Source: Candidatus Cloacimonadales bacterium (GTDB lineage Bacteria > Cloacimonadota > Cloacimonadia > Cloacimonadales > DAONDQ01). From it: DNA of 64,000 nucleotides. Under the pieces are notes generated by a model that saw nothing but the letters and a program-made list of their open reading frames with translations, was not told the origin of the DNA and searched no databases. Positions 26,537 through 38,100 of the stretch are shown here, in pieces. The position numbers and the translations under genes were made by a program. The stretch lies in NCBI GenBank assembly GCA_963662275.1, contig OY759316.1, positions 2,912,001-2,976,000 of the forward strand, in the 5' to 3' direction. Numbering within the stretch: the stretch's first letter is position 1; every line of letters begins with the position of its first letter.

Positions 26537-28777
26537 ATGAGCGATATGCTATCTATGGCAGCAATTAGAAATCTTGATATACAATCTGAAATTAATCCTC
26601 AGCAGACAATTGAACAAATTAAAGTGTTGTTGACCCAGGATTTTTCACCCGATTCCCAGAGAGCGTTGAGATACTATGAGGCTAAATCTCTGTTTACTAT
26701 GCGGCAATTTGATAAAGTAGTGCAAATTACGATCGAGTGTTTAGGTGAATCCATCAAGGATAAAGACTATTTTATTCTTGTACGCTGCAATGTCCTGCAG
26801 GGTTTATGTTATCATAATATGAACGATGAGTTAAGGAACAGACCATGTTTGGAAATGGCTCTTGAATACGCTATCCAGGCAGATGACTTTGAATTATTAA
26901 TCTATGCAAGTTGTTACTACCTTACATTCTTAAGAAAAATTCCTGCTTTCGATCTGGCATTGGAAGAAGAAAAGAGAATTCTTGACCTGGTGAAACGAAT
27001 CCCGGCTACCTACACTTCTATTATTGCTCTTATGCAAGTGTCGAGCCTATATATTGACTTGCATAAGATAGATAAAGCCATTAAAGTCCTGCTCACGGCA
27101 TACGAATATTCCCAAGCTCTTAATATCATACATATCAAACTGACAATTATCAATAACCTGGCAACACTGTACTCAAAAATAGAAGATTACACTAAAGCTA
27201 AAATGCTGCTTGAAAATGGGTTAAATGCTGCAATTGAAATTCAGAATCCACAGCAACAAGCTTTGATGCAGTTCAATCTGGGGAATCTGATGATTGCAAT
27301 GGATAATTACCATGCAGCGCTGGATTATTTTGACAACAGTATTTCTGCTGCACAGGAATGTAAGTTTATCTCTCCTCTTTTTTTAATCGATATATACAAC
27401 AATTATTCCATGTGTTACTCACGCTTGGATGATCTCGTCAAATCAATTGAATATATAGATAAGGCGATAACGATTGCCGAGGAGAACAAGCTCGAAAATG
27501 ACAAAATCCAGATGGAAGAAAGCAAAGCTAATATTCTGTATCAAATGGGGAATTTTGAAGCGACCAAAACCATACTTAAAAATGCGATCAAGTTCTTCAA
27601 GAAAACTAATCAATACCCCCATTTACTTAGGGCAAACATTTCTCTAGCCAAGTTTTATGCCCAAAACAAGGATTTTAAGGGTAGTGTAAAGGTCTATGAG
27701 CGCTTGAGTAATATCTTTGACGAATATGTCACTCAGATTATGAATAAACAGATAGAATCAGAAACAGGTAAGCTTAATGTAAAAGAGCTGTTTGCGAGTA
27801 CTCCCACTTTCAATCCTACTGGGACAATAGCCAACACTATGCAGGGCTTTGTAGGAAAGAGTAAAGCCTCCCAGGATGTTTTGAATGCAGCACTCCTGGC
27901 TGCACAGCATCAAAATACCAATGTGATGATCGTAGGAGAGTCAGGCACCGGTAAGGAAGTAATTGCGCGGATAATTCATAACAACAGTTTGCGGCGTAAC
28001 TATAACTTTGTTTCCGTTAATGTATCATCACTCTCGGCAAATCTGATAGAAAGTGAGCTGTTCGGTCATACGAGAGGAGCTTTTACAGGAGCTCAGGAAC
28101 AAACAAAGGGCTTTTTTCTGCAGGCAGATAAAGGTAGTATCTTCCTGGATGAAATAACAGAATTGCCATATGAACTACAGAGTAAACTGTTACGTGTTAT
28201 AGAGACTCAAAAAGTTGTATCAGTGGGCAGTAGTATAGAAACCGGCTATGATAGCAGAATCATCTGTGCTACCAATCAAAGCCCTCGTGAGCAAATATCT
28301 CTGAATAAATTTCGTCTGGATCTGTATCATCGGCTTAACACGATAGAGATCGTTATTCCCCCATTAAGGGAACGTCCGGAAGATATTGAGCCCATTTTGA
28401 TGCATTATGTCGATAAGTATGCCACTGAACTGAAAAAACCTAAACCATTCATTGATAAGTCACTGATAAGCCTGATGCAGCAGTATGCATACCCCGGCAA
28501 TGTTCGTGAGCTTAAAAATATGGTGGAAAGAATGTATATCCTTAGTAGCAGCCTACAATGGGATGCTACTCTTCTATGTAGAATTAACCCATATATAGAA
28601 GCCCCTTCAGAAGTAGAAGAGATACAGCTCAAAGAAGAAGAGCTGATTCTCAAAGCTCTGATAAAAGCAAAAGGCAAACAAAAGGATGCTGCTATAGCAC
28701 TGGGTATATCAGAGGCTACAATCCATCGTAGAATAGCCAAATACAATCTTCAGCAATATACGAGTAAAGGAAACTAA
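26537..28777 (+). CDS. Sigma54-dependent enhancer-binding activator with N-terminal TPR region
   Basis: TPR-like repeats; [45 protein letters not shown]-terminal Fis-type HTH. Confidence 0.95.
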   Translation: MSDMLSMAAIRNLDIQSEINPQQTIEQIKVLLTQDFSPDSQRALRYYEAKSLFTMRQFDKVVQITIECLGESIKDKDYFILVRCNVLQGLCYHNMNDELRNRPCLEMALEYAIQADDFELLIYASCYYLTFLRKIPAFDLALEEEKRILDLVKRIPATYTSIIALMQVSSLYIDLHKIDKAIKVLLTAYEYSQALNIIHIKLTIINNLATLYSKIEDYTKAKMLLENGLNAAIEIQNPQQQALMQFNLGNLMIAMDNYHAALDYFDNSISAAQECKFISPLFLIDIYNNYSMCYSRLDDLVKSIEYIDKAITIAEENKLENDKIQMEESKANILYQMGNFEATKTILKNAIKFFKKTNQYPHLLRANISLAKFYAQNKDFKGSVKVYERLSNIFDEYVTQIMNKQIESETGKLNVKELFASTPTFNPTGTIANTMQGFVGKSKASQDVLNAALLAAQHQNTNVMIVGESGTGKEVIARIIHNNSLRRNYNFVSVNVSSLSANLIESELFGHTRGAFTGAQEQTKGFFLQADKGSIFLDEITELPYELQSKLLRVIETQKVVSVGSSIETGYDSRIICATNQSPREQISLNKFRLDLYHRLNTIEIVIPPLRERPEDIEPILMHYVDKYATELKKPKPFIDKSLISLMQQYAYPGNVRELKNMVERMYILSSSLQWDATLLCRINPYIEAPSEVEEIQLKEEELILKALIKAKGKQKDAAIALGISEATIHRRIAKYNLQQYTSKGN

Positions 28778-28792
28778 ATTTTAAATTCCTAA

Positions 28793-28829
28793 TTATTTCA
28801 TGTGAAATTTCACTTTCAGTGAATTTCAG
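28793..28829 (+). promoter_or_regulatory. Putative upstream activator sequence 1
   Basis: TTATTTCATGTGAAATTTCACTTTCAGTGAATTTCAG; 35/37 identical to 40857-40893. Confidence 0.75.
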
Positions 28830-28924
28830 CTTCTTGTGAAAGAATCACCAATAAGCCATTTTGCAATTATAGCATAAACTCATATTTATCATATAGTTAC
28901 ACGATTATTAAAAAAAACTTTTGT

Positions 28925-28940
28925 TGGAACCTATCTTGCA
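28925..28940 (+). promoter_or_regulatory. Sigma54 -24/-12 promoter
   Basis: TGGAACCTATCTTGCA (GG-N10-GC); IHF-like TATCATATAGTTA at 28887-28899. Confidence 0.75.
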
Positions 28941-28953
28941 CTCTCTCCTTAGT

Positions 28954-29166
28954 ATGAATAAAAATAAAAGCAAAAACAACACTCCTAAAGTCAGTCCCAT
29001 CATAGAAACTACTGATGAGACTGGAAGAAAACTGTTAGGTTTTACCATCATACTGGCAGATGCTAGTTTCGAAAACACTGTGGTTGAGTTTACAAAAGAG
29101 AATCATGACCAGGTATATGCTGAATTGAAGCAACTTCGAATGAAAAAAATAAAATCTATTAAATAG
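28954..29166 (+). CDS. Small hypothetical protein (70 aa)
   Basis: ATG 14 nt after the promoter; ends just before the RBS of the giant gene. Confidence 0.45.
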   Translation: MNKNKSKNNTPKVSPIIETTDETGRKLLGFTIILADASFENTVVEFTKENHDQVYAELKQLRMKKIKSIK

Positions 29167-29179
29167 CAAAGGAGAGAAC

Positions 29180-32100
29180 ATGAAAGCATCAAAGTTCAAA
29201 GTTTTTATGCTGACAATTCTTATCATCATGTTAGCTGGCAGCCTATTTGGTGAGACCATCTATAATGAAACGATCGGAAGCGCAGGCACAACCACAGGAG
29301 TCAGCTCTTATACCGGTTGGCTGAATTACGGTACGGTAACCTACACCGGAACAACTGATGCCAGAAACACCTATACTTCCACTGGTGATTATACCGGTGC
29401 CAGTGGTGGCGGCAATGTGTATTTTGTCGGTGGTTCCTCAGACTATTTGCAGATAGCCGGTATCAATACTTTAGGCTATACAAACATCAGGCTGGCTTGT
29501 GGAATTTACAAAACCAATTCCAACACAAATACATCCAATGCTGAAAACGGTTCCAATTTCCAGATCAGGTATAGCACTGACGGAACTACCTGGTCATCTC
29601 CTTTAGCCTACACCTTGCCTACAGGCGCAGGTACAGATGCAACGTATTTTTGGATTACCTTTAACGAAGCTTTGCCCGCAGTGGCAAGTTTGTATCTGAA
29701 ATTCACCGATGTGGGTGCATCTGAAGCTATTCACTTCAGGCTGGATGACATTACTCTCACAGGTACCACCTTCAATCTCTACAATGAAACAGTGGGAGTT
29801 GGAGCAAATTACACTCCCATATCTAGTTATTCCGGATGGTCAAACACATCGCCGATTTCCTATGTGGGCACTTCAACTGTAGATAATTCCTACACATCTG
29901 CTGGTTCTTATTCCAATGCCACAGGCACAGGAAATGTCTATATATCAAACGGTACTTACTTCCAGATCGAAGGACTCAATACAGCAGGTTATAGTGATCT
30001 CTGGCTTTCTTTCGCTGTGCATAAAGACACTGGTTCAGAAACGGGTACAAATCTGAAAGTGGAAGCGTATGATGGTTCAACTCTTACCGGGACATACTAT
30101 GTTAATATTCCCACTAGTTCCGGAGATATCTGGATCAATCGGACAATTAGCACTGCCCTTCCTGCAACAGCAACTCTTATACTGAAGTTTTCAGATATAC
30201 ATGCCAGCAGGGACTTCAGGATCGATGATATCAGGATTCGGGCTGGAATCAAAACGCCAGATATATCCTCGCCTATATGTTTAGGTAAATTGAATACTAA
30301 TGCTCTGCTGGGAGCAAGCATTACTGCATTTAACAACAGTAATGCCACGGAAAGAGGTATCTACTACTCTACAACCAGCGGTTTTGCCGATGGTACTGGG
30401 ACCAAAGTGTCAGTAACAGGAACATTCAGTGTTACAGGTGCGTTCACTATAAATGTCACAGGGCTAACTGAAAATACCGTTTATTATTATAAAGGCTTTG
30501 CTACAAATGCTGCCGGAAGCAGTTATACTAGTCAGGCAACTTTTACAACTAGGAATATCTATCCCCCAACATTAACCCTGCCTACTGCTACGGATATAAC
30601 CAATACCACCGCAGTCCTGGGAGCAAGCATCACAGCTCTGAATAATGACAATGCCTTCGCCAAGGGTATCGTCTACTCCACAATAGATGGCTTTTCCGAA
30701 AACACTGGGACTTTTGTGAGCACATCCTGCTATATCAGTCAACCCACTGCTTTTACCATGAATGTTACAGGGCTGTCGCCAAATACAGTGTACTATTACA
30801 AAGGCTTAGCAGTAAATAATGCCGGTGAAGGGTTTACAGCGCAGGCATCTTTTACAACGGCAAATGTCGTGCCGACTCTAACACTTCCTACAGCCATCAG
30901 CATCACTAATACAACGGCGGTACTTGGAGCCAGCATTACTGCCCTGAACGGCAGCACAGCAACTGAAAGAGGCATCTACTACTCTACCACCAGCGGTTTT
31001 GCTGATGGCACAGGCACCAAGGTCTCTACTACAGGAACATACAGTTCCACCGGCGCATTCACAATGAATGTAACAGGGCTGGTTGTAAATACTGTTTATT
31101 TTTATAAAGGCTTTGCCACTGATGATGCGGGTACCGGATATACTGCCCAGGCTACATTTACCACTACCAATATCCTGCCTCCAACGGTAACGTTGCCTAC
31201 TGCTGCCAGCATTACGAATACAACTGCAGTTTTGGGGGCAAGTATTACGGCATTTAACGGCAGTTATGTAACAGAAAGAGGCATCTACTACTCAACGACA
31301 AGTGGTTTTGCCGATGGTTCCGGCACTAAGGTCTCTGAAACAGGGACATTTATCAGTACTGGTGCTTTTACCCTTAATGTTACCGGTTTATCAGCAAATA
31401 CGGTGTACTACTATAAGGGTTTTGCCACGAATGATACCGGTACTCAATTTACTACCCAGGAAACTTTCACAACTACCAATGCCTTACCACCGACAGTAAC
31501 GTTGCCTACTGCTGCAAGCGTAACGAATACAACAGCCATCCTGGAAGCTAACATCAGTTCTCTTAATAATGGTAATGTAACTGAAAGAGGTATCTTCTAT
31601 TCAACAACGAGTGGTTTTGCCGATGGCACCGGAACAAAAGTGTCTGAAACAGGTACGTTCAGTTCCACCGGAGTTTTTACAATCAATGTTACCGGTTTGT
31701 CCCCAAATACTTTGTACTTTTACAAAGGTTTCGCCACTAATGCGGGTGGAAGTGGATACTCCGCTCAGGCTTCCTTTACCACTACCAATGTCTTCCCGCC
31801 AACGGTAACATCACCTACAGCCACGGGGATTACATATACATCAGCGGTTCTGGGTGCAAATATTACTGCCCTGAACGATAGCCTTGTCACTGAAAGAGGC
31901 TTCTACTACTCCACTACCAGCGGCTTTGCAGATGGCACTGGGACCAAAGTATCGGAAACAGGGACATTCAGTACCACCGGGGCTTTCACATTTAATGTCA
32001 CGGGCTTGACCACTAGTACCAGGTATTATTACAAGGGCTTTGCAACAAACGCTTTTGGAACAAGCTATACTACACAAGGTATGTTCTACACCGGAGCAAT

Positions 32101-35100
32101 AATTGGGTGTGATGGTAATGTATCTATGACCTGTACTGTGGGCCAGAGAGCAAATTTGAGTTTTACGATAGATTATTATGGACTTACACCAGATCCAGGT
32201 ACTTTAACAATATCATCTTATGGTAATTCCGATGAGTTTTTTAATAATTATTTCTCGACATGGCAATATGAAAATTCAAGTAGCCTGCTTACAGTACCTT
32301 TTACCGATGGATCACATTTTAGGAAAACAATTTATGTGACATTTACCCCCAGTCAAGTCTTGTTATACGGGGGTATAGTTTCAAACAAAATAACCGTCAG
32401 TGATGGTGCGACGACAGTAATCTATACATGCGTTATAACTGTCCAAGGATTACCGGTTGTTGGTAACCCGACGATTTTTGGCATAACACCGACTAGTGCA
32501 GGTATTAAAGGTGTATGTATGAGGGATGGGAATTCCCAGATAACTTCCGCAGGCTTTTTTGATTTTGATCACAATTATACGCTTCCAGCCCATGGAACAG
32601 GTTTTTACGAAACTGAGATATTTTATCTACCTACTACGACCAATCATCAAATTTGTTTTTATGCCACAAATAGTATTGGGACAACCTATTCAAATTGGAT
32701 ATCATTTAATTCTGCACCTAATTTAAGCTTAACAGTGCTTACAGGAAATTTTGATGATACTCCCGTTGGAACTTCAAAAGATGAAGTTTTAGCTGTTAGA
32801 GGGAACTCCCTGACACCGCCAGAAGGAAATATCATTATCACTGCACCGCCTGGATTTCAGCTTTCTGAGACAGAAGGCACAGGTTTTGTATCAAGTATTA
32901 CAATTCCCTACAATTCTTATGGTCTAGGTTATGGCGGAGTTAGCAGTCAAATCTATATGCGGTTTACTCCACTCAACGCAATGAGTTATAACGACACTAT
33001 CTCCGTAGTAGGCGCAGGAATTATATATAAAGCTAATGTGTATGGCAATGGAATAGATATTCCGATTCTCACATTGCCCACTGCAACTAATGTAACAAAT
33101 ACAACTGCTGTGCTGGGAGCGAATATCAGTTCTCTCTACAATGGAAATGCCCTTGAACGAGGTATCTATTACTCCACCACCAGGGGCTTTACAGATGGCA
33201 CAGGCACCAAGGTCTCTACTACAGGAACATACAGTACGACAGGTGCTTTCACCATTAATGTGACCGGTCTATCACCCAATACGGTGTATTACTACAAAGG
33301 CTTTGCCAGAAATGCTGCGGGCAGTGGTTACACCAGTCAAGACAGCTTGACTACAACCAATGTCTTCCCACCTACAGTTTCATTACCTACTGCTACCAGT
33401 ATTACAAATACAACAGCAATACTGGGAGCGAATATTAGTTCATTTAATAACAGCAACGCTACAGAACGGGGTATCTACTACTCTACAACCAGGGGCTTTG
33501 CTGATGGTGCAGGTACAAAAGTATCCGAAACTGGCACATTCACTTCTACGGGGACTTTCACCATTAGTGTCACTGGTCTGTCACCCAATACGGTGTATTA
33601 TTACAAAGGCTTTGCCACCAACTCAGCCGGTAGTGGTTACACAGCACAGGACAGCTTGACGACCACTAATGTCTTCCCTCCGACGGTCGCATTGCCTACT
33701 GCAACAAGTATCACGAATACAACGGCTGTGCTGGGAGCGAATATCAGTTCACTTAATAACAGCAACGCTACGGAAAGAGGTATTTACTATTCAACAATTG
33801 ATGGTTTTGCAGACAGTACCGGTACGAAAGTATCTGAAACAGGGACATTCAGCTCAACAGGGGCTTTTACCTTTGATGTTTCAGGTCTGTCGCCCAATAC
33901 AGTGTACTATTACAAAGGCTTTGCTACTAATGAAGTCGGCAGAGGCGATACTTCTCAAGCTACTTTTACCACCACCAATGTCTTCCCACCGACAGTCTCA
34001 TTGCCTACTGCAACAAGTATCACGAATACAACGGCTGTGCTGGGAGCGAATATCAGTTCACTTAATAACAGCAACGCTACAGAACGGGGTATCTACTACT
34101 CTACAACCAGGGGCTTTGCTGATGGTACAGGTACAAAAGTGTCTGAAACAGGATCATTCAGTTCAACAGGTGCTTTCACCATTATTGTTACCGGACTGTC
34201 ATCCAATACCGTGTATTACTACAAAGGGTTTGCCACCAATGCTGCGGGTAGCGGATACACCAGTCAGGACAGCTTGACCACCACCAATATATTCCCACCG
34301 ACTGTAACATTGCCTACCGCTGCCGGCATTACTTATTCAGCAGCTTTGCTGGGAGCGAATATCAGTTCGTTTAACAACAGTGATGCGACAGAACGGGGTA
34401 TCTACTACTCCACAACCGACGGCTTTGCAGACGGAACTGGAACAAAATTGTCCGAAACAGGTACATTTACTTCTACTGGGGCTTTCACCATTTGTGTCAC
34501 TGATCTGTCGCCCAATACCGTGTATTATTACAAAGGCTTTGCCACTAATTCTGCCGGTACCGGTTATTCCCCCCAGGCGACTTTTACCACATATTACCAG
34601 CCTTTCGCCGGTATCTATACGATTGATAACACCTTGCCAACTGGCGGAACTAACTTTGCTTCCTTCACATCTGCAGTCAATGCACTGAACGCAGCCGGAA
34701 ACACGGCATCGGTGACTTTCCATGTGACTTCCGGGCAGACTTTTGTGGAAAACGTACCTCCAATTACCCTGAATGCTGTATCAGAAAAAGCCGTAACCTT
34801 TATAAAACAGGGTGAGCTGGCTAATCCGGTGATCAAAGCCGGTATCGGGAAAAACATGTCTGACGATGCTATCGTCACCTTCAAAGGCTGCGATTATATC
34901 ACTTTTGACGGTATTGATCTGCAAGAAAACACAGGGGTGAATACTAACGTTACAACCCAAGCTGAGTACGGCTTCAGTATCCTCAATAACGGTAATGATG
35001 ATGGGGCTCAACACAACACAATCCAGAACTGCACGGTCACTTTGGCATATGCAACTACTTACACAACCAAAGGATTCTATGTATATGGCAACGGTGCGAA

Positions 35101-38100
35101 AGATTTAGCCGCTAACTCCTATAACAGGTTCTATGGCAACTCCCTGAACGGTTGTGTTACCGGTTACTATCTATATGGTTCCACCGCATCTTCAGCGGAA
35201 GATATAGGTAATGAAATCGGCTCTTCCGCGCATGGCGGTACGATTACAGGTTGTGATTATGGGGTATATTATGCTTATCAAACATCATTGAAGGTCTATG
35301 ACCAGACTATCGTACTGAAAGGCGGTACTAGAATGACAATTTGCGGCATTTATGCAGATTCCGGTACAGCCTGCGCAAGTGAGATTTATAACAATAATAT
35401 ATCTTTGCAGGCAACCTCAATCTATGCTGCCTATTGTTTAGGAGTTCAAATTAGTTATGGCACTGCTTCCATTCATGATAACATCATCCATGATTTTTCC
35501 AATACATATACATCTACAGGAAGCGGTATGATTGGTATATATGTTGCAGCCGGTGCAGCAGGGGAGACGAATGTTATCTATAATAACCAAGTATATAACT
35601 TCAGTTCTTTACGGCACATCCAATATGGTATCAGTGTCTCAAACACCAGCAGCACCAACAACATTCACAACAATGTGATTCATGACTTCACAAGTGGAGC
35701 GACAAACGGTTATTACAAGTATGGCATCTTCTGTAATACCGGTGTTAATGATATATATAATAATGAGATCTATAACATGAACATCACAGTTGGCTCAGGA
35801 GCAACGATTTGCGGTATTGATATCGAAGGAGAAACCAGTACGATCCATGGTAACATCATCCGCAATATGATCAACAATAGCACAACCGTCTTTGAAACAT
35901 ATGGTATTATAAGTAATGCCAGAACTTCCTGCCAGATATACGACAACGTCATAAGAGCTATTTCAAGCAGCTCATCAAAAGTAACAGGTATTTACATGTA
36001 TACAGGAGCAGCCAATACAATCAGAAATAACAAAGTATATGATCTCACGTATTCAGGAAGCGGAACCTCCTATGTGTATGGAATGTTATTGAATTCTGGA
36101 ACAACCAATTACGTTTACAACAACTTTGTATCAGATCTCAAAGCTCCTGCGGCGGCATCTGGTACATCTCTGAAAATCACTGGTGTAAAGGTGCTCGGAG
36201 TAAACAACTATCTCTGGTACAATACGATCTTCCTGAACTCGGACGCTACAGGTACAAAAGTAAACAGCGCTGTAGTATATGTTGCTTCAGCTACATCCCT
36301 GGTCGATATGAAGAATAACATCTTTATAAATAAAAGTGCTACAGGTTCAACCGGTATCGCAAGTACGATATGGAAAACATTTACTACCTGGACCGGTTTC
36401 ACTTCTAACAACAATATTTATAATGCAGGTGAAAGCAGTACCCAGCACTTGATCTGCTTTGACGGTACCAACAGCTACCAAAGCCTGGATTCATTTAGAA
36501 CAACATCAGGCAATGACAGTTGCAGCTTTGTCGGTGACATCAACTTCATAAATGCTGTGACAGCTCCTTATGACCTGGATATCGACCCAGGTATACCTAG
36601 TATTGCGGCTGGACACGGTGTGGTGATCAATACTCCTATCGCCGTAACGGATGATTATCACTATCAGACTAGGGCAACCGGTCTTGCCTCTGATTTACCC
36701 ATTCCTCATGGTCCTGCTATCGGTGCCCAGGAAGTAATCATGGAATTAGTTCCACCCAGTGTTTCCTTACCTACTGCTGCGAGCATAGCTAATACAACCG
36801 CAGTTCTAGGAGCCACCATCACATCTTTCAATCGCATCAATGCAACAGAACGGGGTATCTACTACTCAACTACTGACGGTTTTGCGGATGGAACAGGAAC
36901 GAAGGTATCAGAAACTGGGACATTCAGCACTACTGGTGCTTTCACAATAGACATAACCGGTTTATCACCCAATACTGTGTATTATTACAAAGGCTTTGCC
37001 ACAAGTGAAGCCGGCAGCGGTTATACAGCTCAGGCTACTTTTACAACTACCAATTTCTTCCCGCCGATTGTAACATTGCCTACCGCTACAAGTATCACGA
37101 ATACAACCGCAGTCCTGGGAGCTAACATTAATGCTCTTAATGCTGGTAATGCCACGGAAAGAGGTATCTACTACTCAACTACAGACGGTTTTGCGGACGG
37201 ATCTGGAACTAAAGTATCTGAAACTGGGACATTCAGCACAACCGGTGCTTTCACCATTAGTGTCACAGGTTTGTCGCCTAATACCAAGTATTATTACAAA
37301 GGCTTTGCCACCAATGCAGCCGGCAGTGGATACACATTGCAGGACAGCTTGATAACAACCAATATCTTCCCTCCAACTGTTGAATCACCAATAGCAACAA
37401 GCATCACCAATACAACCGCTGTGATAGGAGCGAATATCAGTTCGTTTAACAACAGCAATGCGACAGAAAGAGGAATTTATTACTCAACAACCAATGGTTT
37501 TGCCAATGGTACAGGTACAAAAGTGTCCGAAACCGGCACATTCAGTTCTACCGGAGCTTTCAGCTTTAGTGTTACCGGATTATCAGTGAATACGGTTTAC
37601 TTCTACAAAGGCTATGCCACAAACACAGCCGGTAGTGGTTATTCCACACAGGGAACTTTTACTACAACAAACGTCTTCCCACCGACAGTAATATCACCTT
37701 CTTCTGCCAGCATTACTAACACAACCGCGGTACTGGGAGGTAATATCAGTGCTCTCAACAATAGCGATGCCACAGAAAGAGGCATTTATTACTCAACAAG
37801 CAGTGGTTTTGCCAATGGTACAGGTACAAAAGTGTCCGAAACTGGCACATTCAGTTCTACCGGAGTTTTCACCATTAGTGTTTCCGGATTATCCCCCAAT
37901 ACTTGGTACTATTACAAGGCATTTGCTACCAATGCAGCCGGCAGCGGTTATTCCACTCAGGCTAATTTTAAAACTACCAACGTTTTCCCACCAACGGTAA
38001 CATTGCCCACTGCTGCCAGCATTACTCAAACAACAGCTATGCTGGGAGCGAATATCAGTTCACTTAACAACAGCAATGCCTCAGAAAGAGGTATCTACTA

